Origin: Candidatus Velthaea sp.
GTDB taxonomy: Bacteria > Vulcanimicrobiota > Vulcanimicrobiia > Vulcanimicrobiales > Vulcanimicrobiaceae
Direction: 5' to 3'
Assembly (NCBI GenBank): GCA_965214935.1
Contig: CBDCCS010000001.1
Location: forward strand, 64,001 to 128,000
DNA length: 64,000 nucleotides
Below, piece after piece: positions 10,101-18,620 of this stretch; the stretch's first letter is position 1, and each line of letters starts with the position of its first letter. The notes beneath the pieces are model-generated. The model saw only the letters and a program-made list of their open reading frames with translations. It was not told the DNA's origin and made no database searches. The translations under genes were made by a program, and so were the position numbers.

Positions 10101-10628
10101 GGTCTGATTCGGAGCGACAAAAACGCCGGGAACGGTCGAGAGCGCCGACCACGCCGAATTCAGCGTGCCGCCTCCGCCGACCTGAGACGCTTTATCTTGT
10201 TGCGCTGCCGAAATCGAATAAACGTCGGCTGTCGTGCCGGGACTTACAAGCGCCGATGCGGATCGCGACCGAACCGTACCGATCTGCTTGATTTTTGCCG
10301 CCGGCTGCAGATTCGTGAGAATCGCCTGGTCGGCTTGTACTAAAATACCGTTGACGCTCGAGGCGTCATAGGTTGCGCCCGCAGCAACCGAGACGGTGTA
10401 CGTATCGGGCGCGAGCGATAAGAACCGGTATCTGCCGCTAGCATCGGTGACCGATGTGGCGCTCTGCGAGGGGCTTGCGGCGGTGACGCTAGCGCCGCTG
10501 ATCGGCTTACCGGTTGAGGAATCGACGACGACACCGGAGATACTACCAGTCGTGCCGGCCAGAACGCTTGACGTTGCCTGGAGCACGAGGGCGATTCCAA
10601 GAAGTATCGCGACGATGCCTTTCCTCAT
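7122..10628 (-). CDS. TonB-dependent receptor with N-terminal carboxypeptidase-regulatory-like domain (Oar-like)
   Basis: Signal peptide from MRKGIV, GSISGVVVD...DASGRY, plug SIRGG..DGIPVN, beta-barrel strands (NVGLRYD, QPRLGFTY). Confidence 0.9.
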   Translation of the reverse strand: MRKGIVAILLGIALVLQATSSVLAGTTGSISGVVVDSSTGKPISGASVTAASPSQSATSVTDASGRYRFLSLAPDTYTVSVAAGATYDASSVNGILVQADQAILTNLQPAAKIKQIGTVRSRSASALVSPGTTADVYSISAAQQDKASQVGGGGTLNSAWSALSTVPGVFVAPNQTGYIGASPSLSIRGGDYDQIGYELDGIPVNRSFDNYPSTSLSSLGQQEVQVYTGAAPANAEASGLSGFVNQVIKTGSSPAFQQLSVADGGPAFYHKTAFEVGGANPARTFSYYVGLGGYDQQYRYGDQFNGASLQNTFGTPLATCAGLTQAVAPSCFTANGTPYNPAGAYVLGPYNIDLQSRTEQRDSIVNLHFGIPRKDGNKDDVQLLLDINHLTNDGYTSPNDQGGYAFLNAIGLGTPTYLDGYQAQVPYGTLLPVGYTGGGVISPYLYPFSSQQRPFGAAIPPNLEDQFVNDQNVFKVQYQHNFGSNAYVRLYGYTYYSDWLENGPSSTLQNYVGYSSSDYELNSHTRGVSLQFADQINDKNLLSVQGSLTGANSTRYNNSGIGFGAAGTTSKSAVGYLVDGADPYSGICYTIAGVAVPGCNYSATGTPFQKLTVGQILSGTAAVPAAGVTCGGGPCQYTIVAGGPAASYNQVKPHFYSASITDDFRPTTKLDINVGLRYDLFQFVGSNTANSGARALFHNAYNSQAAANGVVPLAFDPAGTGNTNTYPVFQPRLGFTYTLDPTTVVRGSYGRYAQAPNAAYEQYNYLQPNNLGNLINFGANGLPTTPGHNVRPPTSNNYDFSVEKQFGGNFAIKATPFLRKTQDQIQNFYLDQRTGFISGLNVGQQTSEGFEFELDKGDFARNGFAAKLSATYTNSYIRYTRTPTGTSVVDPINAAISTFNSYTKGGGGFPYYSLANATTGAPGVGSATGGPGYVANPYYNAPVQGLLDPNGNFPTFDTFPGGIGSVATTYGAPYVATLLVQYKHGPLTITPALQFNAGQRYGTPENTPGIAPDQITGVLPGSTVGDPRYAAFGSPGPNGSPYDSSTAQATIPIPDLYTNRFDALGAFVQPSFLQANLQLSYDITKRVTVVGTFANIYTRYFGGSSPAGFQVAGAQSYGLTSGAGGGITPIGNVYNPGDGPLQPFLATPYNPVYSALPFGVFVEARIKI

Positions 10629-10843
10629 AGAACGAGGAAGCATCAAGTTTAGGACCTTTCCAAACAAAAGAGAGCAAAACGCAAGGCAACTTAGCCTCGT
10701 GTTAAGGTCACAGCGGTTTCTCAGGCGTCCGGGTTCGTTCCTCGTCGTCTCGCAACCAGCGAGTACGACATTCGGCCAAAGGGCAAACCTGCAAATACAG
10801 GCAGGGCTCTGGCGCTCACGGCGTCACAACCGACTAGCGCAAG

Positions 10844-11034
10844 TCAGCCGAACAGCCGCGCGACCGGAAGACGAACGTCTGGAAATGCGATGAGCGCAAT
10901 CGTCTCTGCAATCGCGGGCCTTCCGGTGCCATCTCGATCACTTGTCCGTGCAGCAGCTCGTATCGGCCGCCCTCGGCTAGGATACCGACATCCAGCATCT
11001 TGTAGAAATGGTTGAGCGAAAACGCTAGGCTCAA
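10844..11034 (-). pseudogene. Uma2 (DUF820) family endonuclease remnant with internal deletion
   Basis: Uma2-like N-terminus (FSLNHFYKMLDVGILAEGGRYELLHGQVIEMAPEGP) joined out of frame to a Uma2-like C-terminus (ETIALIAFPDVRLPVARLFG*); the core is missing. Confidence 0.7.
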
Positions 11035-11080
11035 TCAATATGAGGAGACATGCGTTTAGCGAGAACCTGATTCCATGATA

Positions 11081-11094
11081 TGAACCATCGTTCG
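11081..11094. promoter_or_regulatory. Putative LexA box TGAAC-CATC-GTTCG upstream of the Uma2 remnant
   Basis: GAAC-N4-GTTC core overlapping a minus-strand TTGACG. Confidence 0.5.
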
Positions 11095-11108
11095 TCAATC
11101 GGATCGCA

Positions 11109-11990
11109 TCATGCCGGGACGGCTTTCATTCGTTCGGCGAGTAGCCGCGGGATGTCGGACGGCCGGTCGGCGACGGGAACGTTGGCTGCAGCGAAGGCAG
11201 CGACTTTACTTTCCGGGGTGCCCGTGTTACCGGAGATGATCGCGCCGGCATGACCGAGTCGTTTGCCCTTCGGGGCCGATCTGCCGCCGATGAATGCAAC
11301 AACCGGTTTGTCGGCCACGTACTCATTGATAAACGCTGCGGCGTCTTCCTCATCCGAACCGCCGATCTCGCCGGCGACGACAAGTGCGTGCGTCTCGGAA
11401 TCGCGTGCGAATTCACGCAAGCAGTCGACGAACGTCGTCCCGATAATCGGATCGCCGCCGATTCCCACGCACGTCGACTGCCCGAAGCCTGCGCGCGTGA
11501 GTCCATCGACGATCTCGTACGTCAACGTACCCGAGCGCGATATCATGCCGACGTTGCCCGGGCTGAAAATGTGTCCGGGCATGATACCGACCAGCGATCT
11601 GCCCGGCGAGATCAGGCCCGGGCAGTTACCGCCGATGATGCGCATTCCGGCGGTCGTCGCAACAACGCGCAGCATGTCATGCGCCGGAATACCCTCCGTG
11701 ATGCAGACCGCGAGGCGGATTCCCGCCGCGTGCGCTTCCCATAAAGCGTCGGCACCCGCAAACGGCGGTACGAAGATGATTGAATGCGTCGCACCGGTCG
11801 CATCGACGGCATCTTGCACGGTGTTGAAAACGGGTTGCCCGCTTTCAATGCTGCTTCCGCCCTTGCCCGGCGTTACACCGCCGACGATGTTCGTACCGTA
11901 CGCGAGCATGCGGCTGGTGTGGAACGCGCCTTCGCGTCCGGTAATGCCTTGAACGATAACTTTCGAGTTTTTATCGAGAAAAATTGCCAC
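11109..11990 (-). CDS. sucD: Succinyl-CoA synthetase alpha subunit
   Basis: [33 protein letters not shown] and GHAGA (phospho-His) motifs. Confidence 0.96.
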   Translation of the reverse strand: MAIFLDKNSKVIVQGITGREGAFHTSRMLAYGTNIVGGVTPGKGGSSIESGQPVFNTVQDAVDATGATHSIIFVPPFAGADALWEAHAAGIRLAVCITEGIPAHDMLRVVATTAGMRIIGGNCPGLISPGRSLVGIMPGHIFSPGNVGMISRSGTLTYEIVDGLTRAGFGQSTCVGIGGDPIIGTTFVDCLREFARDSETHALVVAGEIGGSDEEDAAAFINEYVADKPVVAFIGGRSAPKGKRLGHAGAIISGNTGTPESKVAAFAAANVPVADRPSDIPRLLAERMKAVPA

Positions 11991-11992
11991 GG

Positions 11993-13162
11993 TCAGTTCT
12001 TCTCATTTGAAAGCGCGACGGCGCGCGCCGCGCCTTCATCCATGGTTTCGACGGGAACGTAACCCGCAGCGGCTAAAATTTCAAGACCTTCTTTTGCATT
12101 GGTTCCCGTCAAACGGACGACGAGCGGAACTTTGCGCAGTTCGTCGCCGGCAAGCGCTTCGACAATTCCGCGCGCGACTTGGTCGCCACGCGTGATACCG
12201 CCGAATATATTGATGAACAGGGCCTTGACTTTCGGATCGCTCACGACAAGGGCGTAGCTCTTGCGCACGAGTTCGGCCTGTGCTCCGCCGCCGATATCGA
12301 GGAAATTTGCGGCTGAACCGCCGGCGCTGCGAATTGCGTCCATCGTGCCCATGCCCAAGCCCGCGCCGTTGGCAATGACGCCGATCGACCCGTCGAGCTT
12401 CGCGTAGTTCGACATCCCTAAACCGATCGCGACCGCTGCCGCTTGATCTTCGTCGGCCGGCGATTGTTTGTTCCAGCCCGCAATGTCAGGGTGTTTGTAG
12501 AGACCATTGTCGTCTAAATCGACCTTTGCATCCGACGCGATCACCTGACCGTCACGCGTGAGCACCAGCGGGTTGATCTCGACCAAACTTGCGCCGAATT
12601 CCATGAATAACGTATACAGCGCGCCGACGATCTTCGGAAAAGCCTTGTGGTACCCGGCGGGCAGTTTTGCCGAAAATGCAAGCTGTCGCGCCATGAACGG
12701 TGAGAAGCCTGCGGCTGCATCGATCCAATAATAGGCAATGGCATCAGGTTGCTCGGCGGCAACTTCTTCGACATCCATTCCGCCCTGCGCCGTCACCATG
12801 ATCACCGGCTGTTTTTTAGCCCGGTCGATCGTAACGGAGACATACGCCTCGCTTTCAATCGCGACTTTCTCCTCGACAAGCAGCGATTTCACTTCTTCGC
12901 CGTCCGGGTTCTGCACGTTCCGCAAGACTTTGCCGATTAATTCGCGCGCAAATGTTTCGCCTTGCACGATGTCGTCCGCGAACTTGATGCCGCCGGCCTT
13001 ACCGCGGCCACCCATCATGACTTGGCTTTTGAGCACCCACGAACCGGGGTTTGCAGCGATAAAATCACGGACGTCCTCCGCCGAGCGGGCGAACGAACCG
13101 CGCGGCGTCGGAATACCGACGCGTCGAAAAAGGTCCTTACCCTGATATTCCATCAGCTTCAT
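11993..13162 (-). CDS. sucC: Succinyl-CoA synthetase beta subunit
   Basis: [38 protein letters not shown] and RLTGTN motifs. Confidence 0.96.
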   Translation of the reverse strand: MKLMEYQGKDLFRRVGIPTPRGSFARSAEDVRDFIAANPGSWVLKSQVMMGGRGKAGGIKFADDIVQGETFARELIGKVLRNVQNPDGEEVKSLLVEEKVAIESEAYVSVTIDRAKKQPVIMVTAQGGMDVEEVAAEQPDAIAYYWIDAAAGFSPFMARQLAFSAKLPAGYHKAFPKIVGALYTLFMEFGASLVEINPLVLTRDGQVIASDAKVDLDDNGLYKHPDIAGWNKQSPADEDQAAAVAIGLGMSNYAKLDGSIGVIANGAGLGMGTMDAIRSAGGSAANFLDIGGGAQAELVRKSYALVVSDPKVKALFINIFGGITRGDQVARGIVEALAGDELRKVPLVVRLTGTNAKEGLEILAAAGYVPVETMDEGAARAVALSNEKN

Positions 13163-13174
13163 GACGTATCGCTT

Positions 13175-13430
13175 TCCGAATCGCCGGAGGCTCGGCCCGG
13201 CGTGCCTGCTACCGTCGAAAACTCAACGGCGCACAGCGACCTTCGATCAGGACCCGCCCGACCCTCGACCCGTTCCGCACGTTCGGTTCTTCACAAGCAT
13301 CTGACCGGGCAGACGTCAACGCGCTTTCATCGATAATCAAGACGCGCGCAACTCGCGTCGTTTCCTGTCGACAGAACCAGGTCGGGCGGGTTCGCCTGTC
13401 CCCCGGCGCGTCTGCGCCTTGGCCGGTTGA
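13175..13430 (-). ncRNA. Candidate structured leader RNA upstream of sucC (family unrecognised)
   Basis: 12-bp perfect long-range stem 13252-13263/13380-13391, inner stem 13285-13290/13373-13378, and several hairpins whose mismatches become G-U pairs on the minus strand. Confidence 0.45.
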
Positions 13431-13609
13431 CGGCCGCTTATATAGCAGTGACGGATAGGTATAACTATTGTTAAAATGCTTGTAAAGCTGCGCGATAACG
13501 GCTTCGACGTTGCTTTAAAGAGAGCCAGCTGCGGCAATCAAGTGAACGCACTGCATATGGCAGCACGCGCCGTCGCGAACGAGCCGGCTTTCGCATAACG
13601 GCCTTGGTC

Positions 13610-14779
13610 TTACTCGCGGTCCAGCCGTCCAAGCAGACTGCGTGCGATAATGATCTGCTGAATCTCCGACGTGCCTTCGTAAATTTCGGTGATCTTTGCA
13701 TCGCGGTAGTACCGCTCGACCGGAAACTCCGTCGTGTAGCCGTAACCGCCATGTATTTGCACGGCCTCCGCAGCGTGCGTGCGCGCAGCGGTCGATGCAA
13801 AGAGCTTCGCTTTGCTGGCCGCGACGGCGAAGGGTTTAGCGGCATCGGCCAGCGCGGCGGCACGATACGTTAGCAGCCGTGCAGCATCGAGATCCGTCGA
13901 CATGCGCGCGATCTTGAACGAGATGCCTTCGAATGCTCCGATGCGCTGCCCGAACGCAAAGCGCTCCTTGGCGAACTTAATCGACGCATCCAAGCACGCC
14001 GCTAGAATGCCGACGGCCTGCGCAGCGATGCCGATGCGTCCGGCCGTCAGCGTTGTGAGTGCGGAGGTTAAGCCCTCACCTTCCCGGCCAAGCCGCATGT
14101 CGGCATCGACGCGGACACCGCTAAAAGCGAGATCGACGGTATTGCTCGTGTGGATGCCGAGTTTTTCACTTACCTTCTCGACGTGAACTCCAGCCGATAA
14201 CGGATCGATCAAAAACGCCGAGATGCCTTTGGCGCCCTTACCACCCGTGCGAAACATCCCCATCATCAGACCGGCGTAGCTGCCGTTCGTGCACCACTGC
14301 TTACGCCCGTTGATCACGTACGTATCATCGCGGCGTAGCGCGCTGCCGCGAATCGCGGCGGCGTCCGAGCCGGCGTCGGGTTCGGTAAGTGCAAAACCGG
14401 CAATGCAATCGGCACTGCCGATCTTTCCTAGCCAAACGTCCTTTTGACGCTCCGTTCCGAGCTGCGCAAGCGCCGAACAGATCATCGAGTGAACGGACAC
14501 GGTCACTGCCGTGCCGGCATCGACTTTGGCGAGCTCCTCGATGGCCAGCGCATAACTGACGTAGTCGGCCGCAACACCACCGAATGCTTCGGGGACGAGC
14601 ATGCCCATTAGGCCGAGCCCGTTGAGCTTCGTATACAACTCGCGCGGAAACGTGTGCTCCTTGTCCCAGCGCACGATGTTCGGCGCGATTTCACGCACGG
14701 CGAAATCATGTGCGAGTTCACCGATCGCTTGCTGCTCGGCGGTCAACTCGAACGAGCCGGCGCGATCGGGCGCGATCAC
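13610..14779 (-). CDS. Acyl-CoA dehydrogenase (short-chain/butyryl-CoA type)
   Basis: FALTEPDAGSD, GRIGIAAQAVG, QIHGGYGY and IYEGTSEIQ motifs. Confidence 0.95.
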   Translation of the reverse strand: MIAPDRAGSFELTAEQQAIGELAHDFAVREIAPNIVRWDKEHTFPRELYTKLNGLGLMGMLVPEAFGGVAADYVSYALAIEELAKVDAGTAVTVSVHSMICSALAQLGTERQKDVWLGKIGSADCIAGFALTEPDAGSDAAAIRGSALRRDDTYVINGRKQWCTNGSYAGLMMGMFRTGGKGAKGISAFLIDPLSAGVHVEKVSEKLGIHTSNTVDLAFSGVRVDADMRLGREGEGLTSALTTLTAGRIGIAAQAVGILAACLDASIKFAKERFAFGQRIGAFEGISFKIARMSTDLDAARLLTYRAAALADAAKPFAVAASKAKLFASTAARTHAAEAVQIHGGYGYTTEFPVERYYRDAKITEIYEGTSEIQQIIIARSLLGRLDRE

Positions 14780-15645
14780 TGCCCGGCTGCGACCGTCAGC
14801 GGGCGGTAATCAAAGAAGCCGCGCCCACTTTTCTTTCCAAGCCAGCCCGCAGCAACATATTGCCGCAGCAGCGGGCACGCGCGATATTTCGGATCCCCGA
14901 GTCCTTCAGTGAGAACGTCCAGGATCGCCAAGCACGTATCGAGCCCGATGAAGTCAGCCAAGGTCAACGGCCCCATTGGATGGTTCATGCCCAGTTTCAT
15001 GACGGTATCGATTGCGTCGGCCGAAGCTACGCCTTCGTACAGCGCGAAAATCGCTTCGTTGATCATCGGCATGAGGATACGATTGGCGACAAAGCCGGGG
15101 AAGTCACGCGACTCAGCCGGCACCTTGTCGAGTTGGACGGCGAAATCGCGGATCGTTGCAAACGTTTCTTGCGAAGTCGCTAAACCGCGAATCACCTCCA
15201 CGAGCTTCATCACCGGTACCGGATTCATGAAGTGCATGCCGACAACACGATCCGGACGGCCGGTAACGCCGCCGATCTTCGTGATCGAGATCGACGATGT
15301 GTTACTGGCAAGAATCGCACCGTCCGGTAAGCGACGATCGAGGGCCCGAAACAACTCGAGCTTCACATCCAATCGCTCCGTCGCAGCCTCGATTGCGATA
15401 TCGACACCCGCAAAGTTACTCTGCAGCGAATCAACGGCAGTGATCCGCCCGAGCAGCGCATCCTTATCTTGAACGCTGCGCCGCCCTTTCTCGACATCCC
15501 GATCGAGCAGCTTCGCAATCCCCGCCAAGCCACGCTCGATGCGCGCGCCGTCGACATCGTTGAGCAACACAGCATGGCCATGACCCGCACAAACCTGCGC
15601 GATCCCCGCACCCATCTGCCCAGCTCCGACGACCAGAATCTTCAT
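14776..15645 (-). CDS. hbd: 3-hydroxybutyryl-CoA dehydrogenase
   Basis: VVGAGQMGAGIA, ASNTSSISIT, GMHFMNP, PGFVANR and HPMGP motifs; ATG at 15645. Confidence 0.92.
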   Translation of the reverse strand: MKILVVGAGQMGAGIAQVCAGHGHAVLLNDVDGARIERGLAGIAKLLDRDVEKGRRSVQDKDALLGRITAVDSLQSNFAGVDIAIEAATERLDVKLELFRALDRRLPDGAILASNTSSISITKIGGVTGRPDRVVGMHFMNPVPVMKLVEVIRGLATSQETFATIRDFAVQLDKVPAESRDFPGFVANRILMPMINEAIFALYEGVASADAIDTVMKLGMNHPMGPLTLADFIGLDTCLAILDVLTEGLGDPKYRACPLLRQYVAAGWLGKKSGRGFFDYRPLTVAAGQ

Positions 15646-15662
15646 GCAACTGCTACCGGAAA

Positions 15663-15870
15663 ACGCACGCACCAAATCCTAACGAAAAACCCACGCATCA
15701 AATCTATCGAACAACGCATGCTCCAAATCCGACCGCAAGACGCATGTACCAAAGTGCTAAGGTGCAAAGCGAATGACGCATGCACCGCCACTACCAGCGC
15801 TCGATTCCAAACGACGCATGCAATACCACTTACCAGCGCTCGAGCCGAACGACGCATGTACCGCCCCTAT
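15663..15870. repeat. Degenerate tandem repeat (ACGCA core, 7 copies; last units 38 bp)
   Basis: Core at 15663, 15693, 15714, 15740, 15776, 15814 and 15852; two units share TACCAGCGCTCGA. Confidence 0.7.
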
Positions 15871-16036
15871 GAAGAGCGAGACATCGAAAGCAAGTCCATC
15901 ACTTTCGCGCAACATCCGCAGCCCAGGCCAACAAGTGTAACGAGCAACGCTCAGCATTCCAGCTACTGCAAACCTCCCAGCTACGCTCGTCGCAATCCCA
16001 CAAAAACCGCCGCTGCGTCACAAAGCAAGAAAAGAA

Positions 16037-16182
16037 GGTGCGGGCGGAGGCTTGACCGGCGCCGGGGGCTCGAACAAGTTCGCGAAGCCAGGATGGCGAG
16101 AGCGAACTTTTCGGCAGCAGCGATTTCACACGACGTGAAATCGCGGGCGTCCCCGGTGCCGGTCAAGCCTCACGACCGCACC
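16037..16182. repeat. Y-shaped palindromic element (REP/MITE-like)
   Basis: 21-bp inverted repeat 16047-16067/16151-16171 (one G-T pair), outer GGTGCGG/CCGCACC, and two internal hairpins. Confidence 0.75.
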
Positions 16183-16210
16183 GCCCCCCCTGAACCTCCC
16201 GCCCAAAAGG

Positions 16211-17548
16211 TCACCCAACGCGAACGAGCATAGCATCACCCTGTCCGCCCCCGCTACAAATAGCGGCAATCCCAAGCCCGCCACCGCGCCGCCGCAGCTG
16301 ACTTACAACCGTACCAACAACGCGCGCCCCCGAAGCACCGATCGGGTGCCCGATCGCGACGGCCCCGCCGCGCGCATTGATTGCCTCAACCCCAAGTCCT
16401 AGCCGAGCAGCCGACGTCAAAGCAACCGCGGCAAAGGCTTCGTTGAATTCCCACACCGCAATGTCGCTCACGCGCAACTGGTGTTTGTCGAGCAACTTCT
16501 GCGCCGCCATTGCCGGCACGAGCGCGAGATACGGCGGATCCCAGCCGACGCTCACATGGTCGACGACGGTCGCCAGCGCTTCGACGCCGTTTGCCTTCGC
16601 ATAGCTGGCATGCGCGACAACCAGCGCCGCGGCGCCGTCGTTGACGCCCGGCGCATTACCCGCCGTAATCGTACCGGCTGTTTCGATCGGCTTGAGCTTA
16701 CCGAGCGCCGCGAGCGACGCATCGGGGCGAACCGGCTCGTCGCGTTCGACGCGCGTAAACGGCACTTCCCCGGTGATGTACGGCGAATACTGTTGCGGGT
16801 CCGCAATCATATTCTGCGGCGGAACGTGGTCCCAAACGCTGGTTTGACTGCGGTTGCCCGCGCCGACCGGAACGCGCGCGCGAGCCGGCGTCGGTACTGT
16901 GTCCACGACAATCTTGCCTTTGGCTTTACTCGCGACGTCGACCGGCACGATCTCATCGCTAAAATGGCCGGCGTCATGCGCGTCGCGCGCCCGCACGTGA
17001 CTATTGAATGCGAACTCATCTTGCAGTTGGCGTGTAACGCCGAGTTCGGCCGCGACTTTCGAGCTTGCCGTCGCCATGGCCTCATCGAAATAGTAATCCC
17101 AGAGACCATCACGGATCATCGCGTCGAGAACGGTCGCGTCGCCGAACCGGTAACCGTTGCGCGCACCGGGCAATAAGTACGGCGCGTTCGACATCGACTC
17201 CATGCCGCCGGCAGCGACCACGCGCGCATCACCCGCATTGATCATGCGCGCGGCGTGGGCAACGGCAAGCATACCCGAAGCACAAACCTTGTTGACGGTC
17301 TCGGCCGTCGTCGTTTTCGCGAACCCGGCCTTGAACGCGGCTTGACGCGCCGGCGCTTGGCCGACGCCGGCCCCGATAACCAAACCCATGATGACATGCT
17401 CGATGTCGGCAGCGTCGATACCGGCGCGCCTCACCGCGTTGCGCAGCGCTTCAGCGCCGAGCGTCGTAGCGCCGAGGCCGGCCAGCGCGCCGCCCAGCCG
17501 GCCGAACGGCGTCCGCGCCGCCGATAAAACAACCGCCTGTGAATCCAT
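16211..17548 (-). CDS. Acetyl-CoA C-acyltransferase (thiolase) with a long loop insertion
   Basis: RTPFG, NKVCASG, GGMESMS, NEAFA, GHPIGASG and CSGGG motifs. Confidence 0.95.
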   Translation of the reverse strand: MDSQAVVLSAARTPFGRLGGALAGLGATTLGAEALRNAVRRAGIDAADIEHVIMGLVIGAGVGQAPARQAAFKAGFAKTTTAETVNKVCASGMLAVAHAARMINAGDARVVAAGGMESMSNAPYLLPGARNGYRFGDATVLDAMIRDGLWDYYFDEAMATASSKVAAELGVTRQLQDEFAFNSHVRARDAHDAGHFSDEIVPVDVASKAKGKIVVDTVPTPARARVPVGAGNRSQTSVWDHVPPQNMIADPQQYSPYITGEVPFTRVERDEPVRPDASLAALGKLKPIETAGTITAGNAPGVNDGAAALVVAHASYAKANGVEALATVVDHVSVGWDPPYLALVPAMAAQKLLDKHQLRVSDIAVWEFNEAFAAVALTSAARLGLGVEAINARGGAVAIGHPIGASGARVVGTVVSQLRRRGGGLGIAAICSGGGQGDAMLVRVG

Positions 17549-17604
17549 GTGCGGCGATTCGTGTAAGCCGCATACGGTCCCGCAATAGAACCGCTACGGC
17601 GCGA

Positions 17605-18615
17605 TCAACGGGCGCCGACTTGCGTGCAGACGATCGTATCCGTGACGTCGCATGTCTCGCACTCGAACTGCACCGTGACGTGCGAGATTGCAAATTCATC
17701 GCGCATTGCAGCGTCGATACGTTGTAAGACCGCGGTCGCTTCACTGATCCGCCGGTCGTGCAACACGACATGCGCGGCAAGCGCGTGCGAACCCGAACCG
17801 ATCGTCCAAATGTGCAGATCGTGCACGTCGACCACGCCGTCGAACGAACGGATGCGATCGCGTACGACCGGCAACTTGGCGTGATCCGGTGCGCTCTCGA
17901 GCAGCACGTGACCGGCTTGACGAAGAATCGAAAAGACACCCGCGATGATGATCGCCGACACGAGGAGCGACAGCGCCGGATCGATCCACGCGGCATGGGT
18001 CGCAAGGATCGCCGCGCCGCCGATGATGACGGCGATCGCACCGAGCGCATCGCCGGCCACGTGCAGCACGGCGGCGCGCACGTTCATATTACCGTGCATC
18101 CCGCGCACGAGCATCATGCCGATCGCAAGATTGACGACGAGCCCGATCGCGGCAACGACCAGCATGAGCTGACCTTGCGGCTCAGAAGGCGCGGCAAAGC
18201 GGCGGATCGCTTCGATCGCAATGGCGATCGTTACACCGAAAAGCAGACCGCCGTTGGCCAGCGCGGCCAAAATCTCGAGCCGGGCGAAGCCGAACGTCTG
18301 ACGCAGGTTCGCCGGCCGGGCAGCCTGCAAACTTGCACCGAGCGCAATCGCGATTGCGACCACGTCCATCGTCACGTGCGCGGCATCGGACAATAACGCC
18401 AACGAGCCGGCTTTGAAGCCGCCGGCAAGTTCGAGCAACGCAATGAGCGACGTACCCATAAGGGCAAGCTTCAGCTTCGCCGGACCCGCTTGCACGTGGT
18501 CATGATCGTGGTCGTGGTCGTGGCTATGCGCGTGAGCGGCGGCGACCGGGGGGTGCCCGCCACGATCGCGCTGGTCGGAATCTTGATCGTGATCGACCGT
18601 GCGATTCGATCGCAT
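17605..18615 (-). CDS. Cation diffusion facilitator (ZitB/CzcD-like) transporter
   Basis: His-rich N-terminus (HAHSHDHDHDHDH), SLALLSDAAH, LHVAGD, HDLHIW. Confidence 0.93.
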   Translation of the reverse strand: MRSNRTVDHDQDSDQRDRGGHPPVAAAHAHSHDHDHDHDHVQAGPAKLKLALMGTSLIALLELAGGFKAGSLALLSDAAHVTMDVVAIAIALGASLQAARPANLRQTFGFARLEILAALANGGLLFGVTIAIAIEAIRRFAAPSEPQGQLMLVVAAIGLVVNLAIGMMLVRGMHGNMNVRAAVLHVAGDALGAIAVIIGGAAILATHAAWIDPALSLLVSAIIIAGVFSILRQAGHVLLESAPDHAKLPVVRDRIRSFDGVVDVHDLHIWTIGSGSHALAAHVVLHDRRISEATAVLQRIDAAMRDEFAISHVTVQFECETCDVTDTIVCTQVGAR

Positions 18616-18620
18616 AGAAC

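Noticed and set aside
10781..10807. GGGCAAACC hairpin resembling a c-di-GMP-I riboswitch
   Set aside because: It lacks the GNRA loop and the following GGNCGCAAAG element, and is antisense to the TonB receptor gene.
13337..13537. 66-aa ORF as a sucC leader peptide
   Set aside because: TTG start without an RBS, it spans the presumed promoter, and has no regulatory codon run; RNA structure explains the region better.
15663..15870. Possible CRISPR array
   Set aside because: The conserved core is only ~7 bp, spacing is irregular, the intervening sequences resemble each other, and no cas genes are in the window.
15469..16233. 254-aa plus-strand ORF across the repeat region
   Set aside because: It overlaps hbd antisense, has no recognisable motifs, and is explained by the T-poor plus strand lacking stop codons.
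18493..18540. GTGGTC short tandem repeat as a phase-variable tract
   Set aside because: It encodes the ordinary in-frame His-Asp metal-binding tail of the CDF transporter.
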